Positions 1 through 10,195 of a DNA stretch of 64,000 nt are shown here, piece by piece. A program made the translations under genes and the position numbers. The stretch comes from Akkermansiaceae bacterium. Lineage in GTDB: Bacteria > Verrucomicrobiota > Verrucomicrobiia > Verrucomicrobiales > Akkermansiaceae. Numbering within the stretch: position 1 is the first letter of the stretch; the number at the start of each line of letters is the position of its first letter. The stretch is from contig JBPOGF010000003.1 of the NCBI GenBank assembly GCA_051251915.1, positions 201,479 through 265,478 on the forward strand. The letters run 5' to 3'. Below the pieces are notes generated by a model that saw nothing but the letters and a program-made list of their open reading frames with translations, was not told the origin of the DNA and searched no databases.

Positions 1-912
1 GTAGGCTTCTAGGATGAGTTCTTTTCCGGCGAAGGCGCTGACGAGCATGATGAGGGTGCTCATGGGGAGGTGGAAGTTGGTGAGTAGTCTGTCTACGATT
101 TTGAATTCAAAGCCTGGGTAGATGAAGATGTCTGTGGCGCCAGAGCATTCTGTGAGTTGGGGGTTTTCACGGCCGAGGCTTTCTAGGACTCTGGTGACTG
201 TGGTGCCGACGGCGGTAACTTTTGGTGCGTTGTTTATTTTGCTGGCGACGGTGTTGGAGAGGGAGTATTTTTCTGAGTGCATCTCGTGGTCGAGGATGTT
301 TTCTGCTTTTACTGGTCTGAAGGTGCCGACTCCTACGTGGAGGGTGAGGAAGTCATGGTTGAGCTTGGCGAGCATTTCTGGGGTGAAGTGGAGTCCAGCG
401 GTTGGGGCTGCGATGGCGCCTTCTTCACGGGCGAATGTGGTTTGGTAGCGGTCTAGGTCTGTGTTGTCACTGTCTCTGCCCATGTAGTGTGGGAGTGCGA
501 GTGAGCCGTGCTGGTGGATGTCTAGGGGTTGGTTCCATTTGATGAGGCGGTTGCCATTTTCTTGGATGGCGGTGACGGTGCCGATGGTGTTACCTATTTC
601 GATGGTGCGGCCGACTTTCATTTTTTTTCCTGGTCTGACCATGCAGTCCCATTCTGTGTCGCTGATGCGGTCTGTGACGACGATTTCTATGGTGCCGTCA
701 TTTGAGAAGAGTCTGGCTGGGATGACTTTGGTGTCATTGAGGATGAGGAGGTCATCTGGCTGCATGTATTCTGGGAAGTCTGAGAACATGCGGTGTTCTA
801 TTTTGCCGGTGTCTCTGTGGACTACGATCATGCGGGAGGCTGATCTGTCGTCGAGTGGTCTGCTGGCGATGAGTTCTTCAGGGAGGTGAAAGTCGAAGTC
901 TTTTGTGAGCAT
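1..912 (-). CDS. queA: S-adenosylmethionine:tRNA ribosyltransferase-isomerase (3' end runs off the window)
   Basis: Not in the ORF track. Manual minus-strand translation from ATG at 912 gives MLTKDFDFHLPEELIASRP...LNDTKVIPARL...AAPTAGLHFT...TLHVGVGTF...AVGTTVTRVLE...TNFHLPMSTL, all QueA hallmarks. Confidence 0.95.
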   Translation of the reverse strand, partial: MLTKDFDFHLPEELIASRPLDDRSASRMIVVHRDTGKIEHRMFSDFPEYMQPDDLLILNDTKVIPARLFSNDGTIEIVVTDRISDTEWDCMVRPGKKMKVGRTIEIGNTIGTVTAIQENGNRLIKWNQPLDIHQHGSLALPHYMGRDSDNTDLDRYQTTFAREEGAIAAPTAGLHFTPEMLAKLNHDFLTLHVGVGTFRPVKAENILDHEMHSEKYSLSNTVASKINNAPKVTAVGTTVTRVLESLGRENPQLTECSGATDIFIYPGFEFKIVDRLLTNFHLPMSTLIMLVSAFAGKELILEAY

Positions 913-953
913 TGAGTTGTTGGGTGTGCTTTGTGTGAGGGGAGGGGGAGCGG

Positions 954-2345
954 CTAGCATTCTACGACGTTGACTGCTAGGCCGCCGCGTGATGTTTCTT
1001 TGTATTTGTCCTGCATGTCTTTGCCTGTGTCCCACATGGTTTTGATGACTTTGTCTAGGGATACGAAGTGTGAGCCGTCGGTGTTGAGTGCCATTCTTGA
1101 TGCGCTGATGGCTTTGATGGATCCCATGGCGTTGCGCTCGATGCAGGGGATCTGGACGAGGCCTCCGATGGGGTCACAGGTGAGGCCAAGGTTGTGTTCC
1201 ATGCCGATTTCTGCGGCGGATTCGACTTGAGCGGGTGTTCCGCCGAGGTATTCTGTGAGTGCTCCTGCTGCCATTGAGCAGGCGACGCCGACTTCTCCTT
1301 GGCATCCGACGTCTGCTCCTGAGATGGAGGCATTTTTTTTGTAGAGGACTGCGATGGCGGCGGCGGTGAGGAGGAAGCGGTGCACTCCGTCTTTGTGTGG
1401 GGTGGATGCGAAGCGTGTGGCGTAGTGTAGGACTGCGGGGATGATGCCTGCGGCGCCGTTAGTGGGGGCGGTGACTACTCTGCCTCCGGCGGCGTTTTCT
1501 TCGTTGACTGCGAGGGCGTAGAGGCCAACCCAGTCTAGGATGGATAGGGGGTCTGCGAGTAGGGCTTCACCGCGCTGGAGGAGTTGTTGGTGGAGGGTGT
1601 GAGCTCTTCGTTTCACTTTGAGTCCGCCGGGGAGTATGCCGGTGTTTGAGATGCCATTTTTGACGCATTGCTGCATGGTTTCCCAGATTTTATCTAGCAT
1701 TCTGCGAGTTTCTTTTTCTGGGCGTAGTGCGTTCTCGTTGGCTAGCATGAGCTCGGAGATGGAGCAGTGCATGCCTTGGCATTGTTCTAGGAGGTCATCT
1801 CCGTGGTCGAATGGGTGGGGGCAGTTGATGATGACGCTTTGGTGTGGTGCGGGTGCTTTTAGTTCTGCTTCTGTGGAGATGAATCCGCCACCGAGTGAGT
1901 AGTAGATTTCTTCGTGGATGATGTTTCCCTCTTTGTCTGTGGCGAGGAAGTGCATGCCGTTGGGGTGGAGGGGGAGTGGCTGGAGGCGCTGGTAGTCTAT
2001 GTGTTCTTTTTCAGTGAAATAGATGTTTGAGCCGCCAGTTTCACTTGGGATGTGGAGTTGTTTTGTTTCTTTTAGGGTGGCGAGACGGCTGTCCATGGAT
2101 GAGACGTCGATGGTGTCTGGCATTTCGCCCATGAAGCCAAAGATGAGTGCTGTGCCGGTGCCGTGGCCTTTACCAGTGGCGGCGAGTGAGCCGTAGAGGT
2201 CACATCTAACTGAGCTGAGTGAGTTGAAGTTAGGGTGAGCTGCTAGCTGGTGGGTGAATGCGCATGCAGCTTTCATCGGGCCCACGGTGTGGGAGGAAGA
2301 TGGGCCGATGCCTATGCTGAATAGATCTAGGATAGAAATGTGCAC
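954..2345 (-). CDS. sdaA: L-serine ammonia-lyase (Fe-S, single chain)
   Basis: [40 protein letters not shown] and PCIERN motifs. Confidence 0.96.
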   Translation of the reverse strand: MHISILDLFSIGIGPSSSHTVGPMKAACAFTHQLAAHPNFNSLSSVRCDLYGSLAATGKGHGTGTALIFGFMGEMPDTIDVSSMDSRLATLKETKQLHIPSETGGSNIYFTEKEHIDYQRLQPLPLHPNGMHFLATDKEGNIIHEEIYYSLGGGFISTEAELKAPAPHQSVIINCPHPFDHGDDLLEQCQGMHCSISELMLANENALRPEKETRRMLDKIWETMQQCVKNGISNTGILPGGLKVKRRAHTLHQQLLQRGEALLADPLSILDWVGLYALAVNEENAAGGRVVTAPTNGAAGIIPAVLHYATRFASTPHKDGVHRFLLTAAAIAVLYKKNASISGADVGCQGEVGVACSMAAGALTEYLGGTPAQVESAAEIGMEHNLGLTCDPIGGLVQIPCIERNAMGSIKAISASRMALNTDGSHFVSLDKVIKTMWDTGKDMQDKYKETSRGGLAVNVVEC

Positions 2346-2371
2346 ACGCTATGAGTGTTAGAGGGCTGGTG

Positions 2372-2752
2372 TTATTTGAGTGGGAGGATTTCCACTTCGT
2401 AGCCATCTGGGTCGGTGATGAATGCCATTTGGCGGTTTTCTGGGTTGGCGAATTTTTCTCTCCAGTCTTCTGGCCAGATTTCGATGCCGTCATTCTCAAG
2501 CTGATCACAGTATGCGATGACGTCTGGGACGCCTACGCAGGTGTGCATGAGGTCTTCTGGGACAGCTACTTTGTATTCTGGTGAGTGTGTGAGCTCGAGG
2601 AAGTGCTCGGAGTCTGGGAGGTGCATGAAGACGAGTTGGTTACCTTGTGGTGATGTCTTCTGCTGGCCTAGTGTGAAGCCTACTTTGGTGTAGAAGTCGA
2701 CTGATGCTTTAGGGTCTGCGACGCGGATGCGGGTGTGTAGGAATTTGATCAT
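2372..2752 (-). CDS. VOC/glyoxalase family protein (lactoylglutathione lyase-like)
   Basis: FLHTRIRV, LELTH and AFITDPDGYEVEI; 126 aa. Confidence 0.85.
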   Translation of the reverse strand: MIKFLHTRIRVADPKASVDFYTKVGFTLGQQKTSPQGNQLVFMHLPDSEHFLELTHSPEYKVAVPEDLMHTCVGVPDVIAYCDQLENDGIEIWPEDWREKFANPENRQMAFITDPDGYEVEILPLK

Positions 2753-2782
2753 GATGTTGGTATGATTGTTGGTATTAGTGGA

Positions 2783-3082
2783 TTATTCTTCGGTGATGAT
2801 ACGGTAGGTGTCTTTGGTCTTGCGGATGATGAATAGGTCATCTTCGATGGCGGGATCCCAGCCGTTTTCGAGTGCGAAGTCAATGATTCCTTCAAGCCAT
2901 CTGAGGTCGAATACTTTTGGGACTTGGGCGACGAGCATTTGTCCGTCGACGACTTCGTTGTATACGACTCTGACTTCGGTTCCTTTAGGGGTTGCGTATG
3001 CGATCCAGCGGTATTGGATGTCGTCTAGGCAGATGATTTTACTGCCTTTTTTTTGGATTGGTGGGCGTGCTTGTTTGGCCAT
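2783..3082 (-). CDS. hypothetical protein
   Basis: 99 aa ORF co-oriented and tightly packed with neighbours; KKGSK..YRW...ALENGWDP pattern. Confidence 0.7.
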   Translation of the reverse strand: MAKQARPPIQKKGSKIICLDDIQYRWIAYATPKGTEVRVVYNEVVDGQMLVAQVPKVFDLRWLEGIIDFALENGWDPAIEDDLFIIRKTKDTYRIITEE

Positions 3083-3117
3083 GGTTGTTGAGTGGTTTGG
3101 TTTGTTTGTAGGGGAGG

Positions 3118-4011
3118 TTAGAGTGAGATCCAGAGGCTCTTGAGGTAGGATTCGCCTAGGTATTCTTCAGGCATATCAAGTGCGTTGATTGACTTATAGC
3201 TAGCTAGGCCGCGCTTGACGAGGACATTGAAGCCTTCGGGGGTAAGTTTTCTGCAGTTGGTGGATGCTAGTATCCATCCTCCTGGGGAGATGCAGGCTGC
3301 GGCTAGGGCGATGAGTTGGTCGTAGTGTGCTTCTACGGTGAAGACTTTGCCTTTATCGTCGCGTGAGAATGTGGGTGGGTCTAGGATGATACCGTTGAAT
3401 TTGCGGCCTTGTTTGGCGAAGCGTTTGAGCCAGTGGAAGGTGTCTCCTTTGCAGAAGTAGTGTTGTGCTGGGTCTAGGTTGTTAGCCTGCATGTTTTGTT
3501 TGGCCCAGTCTAGGTAGGGCTGGGAGAGGTCTAGGGTAGTGGTGGTGGCACCGGCGAGTGCTGCGCAGACGGAGAAGGCTCCGGTGTAGGCGAAGGTGTT
3601 GAGGATGGTGTCGCCTGGCTTGGTGGCTTGGCGGACGCGGACGCGGTTGTCACGTTGGTCTAGGAAGATGCCTTGGGAGTAGCCGGACTGGAATGAGATC
3701 TGGTAGTTTACTCCGGATTCTTTGGCGATGAATGGTTTGTCTTGTGTTGGGCCGCAGAGGTGGGAGGGGTCGTCTTTTTGGTGTTGGTCTAGGCGTTTCC
3801 AGTAGACGGTTTTGCTGGAGGATTTGAGGAACATTTCTAGGTCGCGGGGGAGGCGGTTTTCGCGGGTGGAGATGATCCATTTGTCTGCGAAGGTTTCTAG
3901 GAAGGTGTCTTTTAATCCGTCACCGAAGCCGTCGAATAGGCGTAGCGCATTGGTTTCTGTGTTGAGGAGGTGTTTGCGCTTGGAGATGGCGGTGTTGAAG
4001 AGATTTTCCAT
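3118..4011 (-). CDS. class I SAM-dependent rRNA methyltransferase (RlmI/RlmK-like)
   Basis: GIFLDQRDNR, LNTFAYTGAFSV and ILDPPTFS motifs; start taken at ATG 4011. Confidence 0.88.
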   Translation of the reverse strand: MENLFNTAISKRKHLLNTETNALRLFDGFGDGLKDTFLETFADKWIISTRENRLPRDLEMFLKSSSKTVYWKRLDQHQKDDPSHLCGPTQDKPFIAKESGVNYQISFQSGYSQGIFLDQRDNRVRVRQATKPGDTILNTFAYTGAFSVCAALAGATTTTLDLSQPYLDWAKQNMQANNLDPAQHYFCKGDTFHWLKRFAKQGRKFNGIILDPPTFSRDDKGKVFTVEAHYDQLIALAAACISPGGWILASTNCRKLTPEGFNVLVKRGLASYKSINALDMPEEYLGESYLKSLWISL

Positions 4012-4164
4012 GATGAGTGATGCTGGGCAGGGTTTTAGCGTCAATTTGCTGAGAATTGAAATAAAAAAGTAGGTTGGGTGATCTCATTCTATATTTGTTG
4101 TGATGTGGGGTAATGGTTTGGATTGGTTAACAAGAAGGTGTTAGAGTATGGTGATGCTATGTTA

Positions 4165-5082
4165 TTAGGGCTTCTGGAAGACTCGGATATAGTCGATTTC
4201 GTATCGTTGGGGGAAGGTGGTTTTGGAGGGGTCTCCTCCTTTGTCTCCGCCGATGGCCATGTTTACGCGGAAGGCTTGAGGGCTGTTGAAGGGATTGATG
4301 GCTTGGCCGTGTTCATTGATTGGGGTTTTCATGTCGATGTCATTGAGGAGTTTGCCGTCGAGGTAGATGGAAATCTTGTCTTTGGTCCATTCTAGGACCC
4401 ATGTGTGGAAGGAGTTGTTCCACTGTTTCTCATCGAATTCTTCCATTTTATGGAAGGCTGTGTCCCATTTGGCTTTTCCTCTGGGGCCGGCCCAGCAGAA
4501 GTTGGCGAGGATGCCGTGGTTGTAGTATTCCATGATGTCAATCTCACCGGATAGAGGCCAGCGGTTGTTGGTGCCGGTGGTCCAGAGTGCGGGCCAGAGA
4601 CCTGTGAGGGCTGGGAATTTGGCACGAATTTCCATGCGGCCGTAGGTCCACTGGTGCTTGCCTATGGTGGTGAGTGATGCTGAGGTGTAGTTGGCTTGGG
4701 GTCTGTTTACTTTCCAGTTTTGCGCTCCGTTTTTATAGTTTGGGTTGGTGACTGTTTCGCGACGGGCTTCGATGATGAGCATGCCGTTTTTACAGGTGGC
4801 ATTTTCTTTTTGATACCATTGAAATTCATTATTTCTGGTGAAGCCTTTTTCAAAATTCCAGTTGGCTTCGTTTGGCGCGCCATCGGTGTTGAATTCATCT
4901 GACCAGACTAGTTTGTAGGAAGGGTCTCGGGGTGGCGTGATGTCGTCGGTTTTTTTGTTGGGCTGCACGGCGTTGGGCTGGGCAATAGCTGTGGAGTTGC
5001 TGATGCAACTAACGATGATTCCGATCATGGTTAGATAGCGGAGTCTGCTAGAGGGGCGTGAGTTTGTGTGACTGTTGTTCAT
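4165..5082 (-). CDS. secreted glycoside hydrolase family 16
   Basis: Signal peptide, LVWSDEF, WPALW and catalytic EIDIME motif. Confidence 0.93.
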   Translation of the reverse strand: MNNSHTNSRPSSRLRYLTMIGIIVSCISNSTAIAQPNAVQPNKKTDDITPPRDPSYKLVWSDEFNTDGAPNEANWNFEKGFTRNNEFQWYQKENATCKNGMLIIEARRETVTNPNYKNGAQNWKVNRPQANYTSASLTTIGKHQWTYGRMEIRAKFPALTGLWPALWTTGTNNRWPLSGEIDIMEYYNHGILANFCWAGPRGKAKWDTAFHKMEEFDEKQWNNSFHTWVLEWTKDKISIYLDGKLLNDIDMKTPINEHGQAINPFNSPQAFRVNMAIGGDKGGDPSKTTFPQRYEIDYIRVFQKP

Positions 5083-5273
5083 GGTGTTAGTATTTTGTAG
5101 ATAGAATGCGAGCGATGATTCGATACTCAGTCTTACGTTTGTTGGGTGTGGAGCCTTTCGCCTAAATTATCGCTAGCCAGACGTGTTGTTATTATTTCAA
5201 CAAGTCAGGCCCTGCTGATTTAGGGGTGGTAGGTAGAGAGGGTGGGTAGCTTTAAGATAAGCTATTAAAACGC

Positions 5274-5293
5274 AATGGCTGGCAGGGAGGGAT
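5274..5293 (-). repeat. direct repeat of the tRNA-Ser 3' end (att-like scar)
   Basis: aatggctggcagggagggat matches 5464-5483 aatggcgggcagggagggat at 19/20. Confidence 0.75.
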
Positions 5294-5465
5294 CTTCTTT
5301 GTTCCTCTCAGGATCTGTGGATTGGAATTTGCTTCTCCGGAAATTCTTTATTGGGATTATTTTGTTCGCTGCGCCATACAAAATGGAGCAGTCGAACTGT
5401 GTTCTCATCCCACGAAGCGTTTTAGAATAATAGGTGGATACTTAGCATTAAGTATTTAAGAAAAA

Positions 5466-5555
5466 TGGCGGGCAGGGAGGGATTCGAACCCTCGGAGACA
5501 TTGCTGCCTCACAAGCTTTCCAGGCGTGCGCATTCGACCACTCTGCCACCTGCCC
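5466..5555 (-). tRNA. tRNA-Ser(GGA)
   Basis: Reverse complement GGGCAGGTGGCAGAGTGGTCGAATGCGCACGCCT-GGA-AAGCTTG..., long variable arm, GGTTCGAATCC, CCTGCCC-G-CCA; 90 nt. Confidence 0.96.
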
Positions 5556-5670
5556 GCTTGCAAGTTCATCGGTAATCGTCGAACGAGTGGGAAGCTAGAC
5601 AGGATGTGGGCTGCTGGCAATTCTTTTTTTTTCAGCTTGTGAGTTGGGGGTAGTTGTTGATAGTGCGGGC

Positions 5671-6618
5671 ATGTTACCAATTACGTTTATTGCAATCTAT
5701 CAAGAGAGAGTTTGGGGTGGGAGAGAGTTGGAGAATTTTTATGGACGTGTGCTTCCGTGTGAGAGGGTGCCGTATGGTGAGTCTTGGGAAATTTCTGACC
5801 GGGAGGAGGCTCAGTCGGTGGTGAGTGATGAGGGAGGAGAGTATCAGGGGAAGTCGCTGAATGAATTGTGGAGTGATGAGGTGACTAGGGGTAAGGTTTT
5901 TGGTGATGGGTTGGTGGGGGATCGGTTTCCGTTGTTGATTAAGATTTTGGATTGTAGGGAGGATTTATCGGTTCAGGTGCATCCTCCGACTGAGTTGGCT
6001 GAGGAGTTGGGGGGGGAGGCGAAGACTGAGATGTGGTATATAGCGGGAGTTGATGAGGGGGCTAAACTTTATGTTGGCTTGAAGGAGGGAGTGACGAAGG
6101 AGAGATTTGAGCAAGCGCTTGTGGATGGTGATGTGGAGGAGCAGATTCATGCGATAGAGGCGAAGGCGGGTGAGAGTATTTTTATTCCTTCTGGGAGGCT
6201 GCATGCGATTGGGGCTGGTCATTTGATCTATGAGGTGCAGCAGAACTCGGATACGACGTATCGGGTGTTTGACTGGAATAGAATGGGGCTGGATGGGGTT
6301 CCGCGTGAGCTGCATGTGGAGGAGAGTATGCGGTGTATTGATTTTGATGATGTGGAGCCAGAGATGGATGTGGCTTTTGAATCATGTATCGCTAGTTGTG
6401 AGTATTTCAATGTGGACAAGTTTGAATTGTCTAGTGGAGATGTGGTGGGGAACCCTGATTGTGAGAGGTTTTCTATTGTGACGGTGGTGAGTGGTGAGGT
6501 GGTGGATGCTGAGGGGAAGCCTTATGTGGCGGGTGATTTTATGATCTTGCCGAGGGGGTCGAGTGATTTACGGGTTAGTGCGGAGGCGGTGATTTTACAA
6601 ACTACGATTCCGAGGTGA
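5671..6618 (+). CDS. manA: class I mannose-6-phosphate isomerase
   Basis: YGESWE, LSVQVHP, KTEMWY and EVQQNSDTTYRVFDW. Confidence 0.9.
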   Translation: MLPITFIAIYQERVWGGRELENFYGRVLPCERVPYGESWEISDREEAQSVVSDEGGEYQGKSLNELWSDEVTRGKVFGDGLVGDRFPLLIKILDCREDLSVQVHPPTELAEELGGEAKTEMWYIAGVDEGAKLYVGLKEGVTKERFEQALVDGDVEEQIHAIEAKAGESIFIPSGRLHAIGAGHLIYEVQQNSDTTYRVFDWNRMGLDGVPRELHVEESMRCIDFDDVEPEMDVAFESCIASCEYFNVDKFELSSGDVVGNPDCERFSIVTVVSGEVVDAEGKPYVAGDFMILPRGSSDLRVSAEAVILQTTIPR

Positions 6619-6636
6619 TTATTAATTAGATTAGTT

Positions 6637-7662
6637 ATGGGTGATGAAGATTTTATGAGGCAGGCATTGGCCGAGGCGAGAAAAGGGTTGGGGCTTACGA
6701 GTCCTAATCCGCCGGTGGGTGCGGTGATTGTTAGAGAGGGTGAGGTGATTGGGAGAGGGTGGCACCGTAGGGCTGGGTGTCCGCATGCGGAGCGTGAGGC
6801 GATAAAAGATGCTGGAGGGGGTGTGAGTCTTGAGGGTGCTACTATTTATGTGACTTTGGAGCCTTGTTCGACTTGTGGGCGGACGGGGGCTTGCACGGAT
6901 GCAATTATTGAGAATGGATTTGGTCGTGTGGTGTATGGTGCAAGGGATGTGAATCCGGATCATGCGGGTGCTGCGGATGAGGTGTTGAGGGCGGCGGGGG
7001 TTGAGGTGGTGAGTGGGGTTTTGGCGGAGGAGTGTGGGGTGTTGATACGTGGGTTTGGCAAGAGAATCTTGACTGGGTTGCCGTGGGTGATTGCGAAGTC
7101 TGCGATGAGTTTGGATGGCAGGATTACGCGGCCGGATGGTGAGGGGCAGTGGTTGACGGGGGCTGAGGCTCGTGCGGAGGCTCATGGGATTAGGGCTGAG
7201 GTGGATGCTATTGTGGTGGGTGGTAAGACTGTGCGCAGGGATAATCCTAGTTTGACTGTTAGAGGTGAGGCTTTCCGTGAGGAGAAGGAGCAGCCTTGGA
7301 GGGTGGTGTTGACTCAGAGTGGGAAGAAAAACTTACCACTGGATGCGGCGGTTTTTGTCGATGAAGCAAAAGAGCGGACTTTGATCCACGAGGATATGAG
7401 TCTGGAGGAGAGTTTGAGGGAGTTGGGGGGGAGAGGTTGTAATGTGGTTCTGTTAGAGTGTGGTGGTGTGTTGATGCGGCAGTTTTTGGAACAGAATTTG
7501 GTGGATGAGGTGGCGGTGTTTTTTGCGCCAATGTTGACTGGTGGTGGAGACTTTGGTTTTGGTGTGGGAGAGCATTTGCAGAAGAGTTTGGCTCTGGAAA
7601 AGATGGTGGTGAAGCAGTGTGGGGATGACTTCTTGTTTAGGGGCGTGGTGCGCCGGAGGTAG
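6637..7662 (+). CDS. ribD: bifunctional riboflavin deaminase/reductase
   Basis: PNPPVGAV, HAE, TLEPC and KSAMSLDG. Confidence 0.95.
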   Translation: MGDEDFMRQALAEARKGLGLTSPNPPVGAVIVREGEVIGRGWHRRAGCPHAEREAIKDAGGGVSLEGATIYVTLEPCSTCGRTGACTDAIIENGFGRVVYGARDVNPDHAGAADEVLRAAGVEVVSGVLAEECGVLIRGFGKRILTGLPWVIAKSAMSLDGRITRPDGEGQWLTGAEARAEAHGIRAEVDAIVVGGKTVRRDNPSLTVRGEAFREEKEQPWRVVLTQSGKKNLPLDAAVFVDEAKERTLIHEDMSLEESLRELGGRGCNVVLLECGGVLMRQFLEQNLVDEVAVFFAPMLTGGGDFGFGVGEHLQKSLALEKMVVKQCGDDFLFRGVVRRR

Positions 7663-7678
7663 TAGCGAGGGGTTATCT

Positions 7679-7712
7679 TGGAGGTAACGTTTAACACTAA
7701 ACGATACCTCCA
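7679..7712. terminator. hairpin between convergent ribD and ADH genes, probably a bidirectional terminator
   Basis: tggaggtaacgttt-aacact-aaacgatacctcca; 14-bp arms with 1 mismatch. Confidence 0.6.
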
Positions 7713-7735
7713 CCTCATATAATTGAGGCTACTTA

Positions 7736-8734
7736 TTACCGTTTGAGGACGGCACGGTATCTAGCTTTGCCGTCGGCTACGAATTGCATGGCTTCGTTTA
7801 CTTGGTCCATTGGGAATTCGTCTACGAGTGGGGCTATGTTGTGTCGGCCACAGAACTCTAACATTTGGCGTTGGACCTCGGGGCTGCCTATAGGTGAGCC
7901 GCCAACGCTGCGCTGGGCTGAGATGAGAGGGAAGATGGTGAGTTCTATTTTATTTGCTGCTCCGACGAGATGGAGTTTGCCTTTTGGTGCGAGTGCATTT
8001 ACGTAGAGGTCCCACGGGAGGTCTGCGTTTACAGTGACGAGGATGAAGTCGAACTTTCCAGCGAGTGCTTCTAGAGCCTCTTCATCGCGTGAGTTTACGA
8101 AGTGGTGAGCGCCCATTTGCTTGGCTTCTTGTTCTTTATCTGGTGTTGTGGAAAATGCTGTGACATCACAGCCCCATGCGTTTAAGAACTGAAGTGCTAG
8201 GTGACCGAGGCCGCCTATTCCTACGACTGCGACTCTGTCGGTAGGTTTTACGTTGCTTTGAATAATGGGATTAAAGACCGTCACGCCGCCGCAGAATAAG
8301 GGGCCTGCTTTGGCAGCATCAAGAGTGTCGGGAATGGAGATGGCCCAGCTTGAGTCTGCTCTGACTTTATCTGCAAATCCACCGTGTCTGCCGACGATGG
8401 TTCCTTCGCTTTCGCCGCAGAGGTTGTGGTCGCCAGACATGCACTGTGAGCAGCCCATGCATGAACCGGCTGTCCAGCCAAGGCCTACGCGGTCACCTTC
8501 TTTGAATTTTTTAACACCAGAACCGAGTTTGCCGATGGTTCCTACGATCTCGTGACCGAGGACGAGAGGGTATTCACTCATTCCCCAGTCATTCTTCCAC
8601 ATGCTAAGATCACTATGGCAGATGCCGCAGTATTCTACGTTGATCTCTACTTCATCATGCCCAAGCTCACCGGCATTAAATTCAAATTTTTCAAGTTGGG
8701 CTCCAGCTTCTTTTGCGGCGTATGCGGTAATCAT
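7736..8734 (-). CDS. Zn-dependent NAD(P)H alcohol/aldehyde dehydrogenase (Ahr/YjgB-like)
   Basis: CGICHSD, GHE, CxxCxxC structural Zn site and GIGGLG. Confidence 0.92.
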   Translation of the reverse strand: MITAYAAKEAGAQLEKFEFNAGELGHDEVEINVEYCGICHSDLSMWKNDWGMSEYPLVLGHEIVGTIGKLGSGVKKFKEGDRVGLGWTAGSCMGCSQCMSGDHNLCGESEGTIVGRHGGFADKVRADSSWAISIPDTLDAAKAGPLFCGGVTVFNPIIQSNVKPTDRVAVVGIGGLGHLALQFLNAWGCDVTAFSTTPDKEQEAKQMGAHHFVNSRDEEALEALAGKFDFILVTVNADLPWDLYVNALAPKGKLHLVGAANKIELTIFPLISAQRSVGGSPIGSPEVQRQMLEFCGRHNIAPLVDEFPMDQVNEAMQFVADGKARYRAVLKR

Positions 8735-8771
8735 GAGTATACCTAGCGCACTTTAGTAGAGAACGCAAAAT

Positions 8772-10001
8772 TTAGCTTGAGATGATGCGTTCGAATCTGG
8801 TGAATTTGGTGGTTCTTGCGAGGATTATTCTGGTGGTCATGAGGATGGGTAGTCCGATCAACATGCCGGGGATACCCCAGAGTGCTCCCCAGCATAGGAC
8901 CCAGAGGAAAACGATGATGGGGTTAATTTTGAAGTTTCTGCCGAGGATGGCTGGGGTGATGAGATTGCCCTCGATGGCTGTGAGTATGTAATAAGTGACG
9001 GGGATTAGCACGATGGAGAATGTGTTGTCATAGGTGGTGGCGGAGACCATAAATACGATGACGGTTCCGACAATGGCGCCTAGATAGGGGATGAAGTTGA
9101 GTGCAGCTGCGATGGTGCCCCAGAGTATGGGATTCGGCATGCCCAGTCCCCACATGGTTAATCCGATGACAATGCCTAGAGAGATATTGATGAGCGTGAT
9201 GGTGAACATGTAGTGTGCGACTTCGTTAGTGACTTCTTCAAGTAGAGCGGCGGTGTTATCGACTTCGGTGATGCGTCTTAGCATCTTTTCTCCATACGCT
9301 AGTAGGAAATAGACGAGGGTGAGAGTGATGACGAGGTGGTATCCTAAAGATTTCAATGAGTCGAAGAGTTCGTCGATGGGGTCTTGTGCTAAGGAGACTT
9401 TCACGGCCTTGGGTGGAGCGGGCGATTTACTTTCTAGTGACTCTTTTTGCTTGTTACCCAACGGAGTGGAAGGAAGTTGATTGTCTTCTAGTTGTCTAGA
9501 TTTGACTGGTGAATCAGTATTTTCACTAGGAAGTAATTCATCATCATTTTCAACTGGGTTAGTCAGGTTGTCTACGCTTACAGCCACATCGGAGATGTCA
9601 TTTTGGATTTTAGCGATGGGATAGATGATTCCTTTGAGGCGTTCTTTTACTGCTCCATCTTGGAGATTATCTGCGTAGTTCATGGCAGGTGCGAGTAGGT
9701 AGTAGACGCCTAATGTAACAATTCCCAGGGAGGAAATTACGATCATGATTGATCCCAATGATGCAGGGATTTTCAGCATGCATAGAAAACGGTGAACCGG
9801 CTTTAGCACTAAGGAAAGTAAGAGTGCTAAAATGACTGGTAGGAGAACGGGGCGGATGAAATAGAGTGTGTATGAGACCGCTAGAACAAGTAGAGCTATC
9901 TGAGTGAAGTTGAGAGTAGAGAACTGAGTACGCACCCAGCTAGGGCGGGTGGTTGATGACTCGGAGTTTTTCTCATCAGGAGCTGTTTTATCTGTAGGCA
10001 T
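8772..10001 (-). CDS. AI-2E family transporter
   Basis: Multi-TM; LNFIPYLG, IEGNLITP and WGALWGIPGMLI; start uncertain. Confidence 0.88.
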   Translation of the reverse strand: MPTDKTAPDEKNSESSTTRPSWVRTQFSTLNFTQIALLVLAVSYTLYFIRPVLLPVILALLLSLVLKPVHRFLCMLKIPASLGSIMIVISSLGIVTLGVYYLLAPAMNYADNLQDGAVKERLKGIIYPIAKIQNDISDVAVSVDNLTNPVENDDELLPSENTDSPVKSRQLEDNQLPSTPLGNKQKESLESKSPAPPKAVKVSLAQDPIDELFDSLKSLGYHLVITLTLVYFLLAYGEKMLRRITEVDNTAALLEEVTNEVAHYMFTITLINISLGIVIGLTMWGLGMPNPILWGTIAAALNFIPYLGAIVGTVIVFMVSATTYDNTFSIVLIPVTYYILTAIEGNLITPAILGRNFKINPIIVFLWVLCWGALWGIPGMLIGLPILMTTRIILARTTKFTRFERIISS

Positions 10002-10195
10002 AGGAATGAAGGTTGCAATACTGGCAACATTGCTAGCGATAGAGATAATAGAGGAGTATTGGTTAAATACAATTTCTTTTATCACAGTCTTAACGACGGT
10101 TTATTGAGAGTTAAATTTAGTCGTTAAGGCAGGGTGTAACGATCAAGATAGATACGAGGGAGAGTGAGTGTGACGTTCTGTTCTTCAATGCACTG

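Noticed and set aside
5456..5680. 74-aa ORF
   Set aside because: Overlaps the tRNA-Ser gene.
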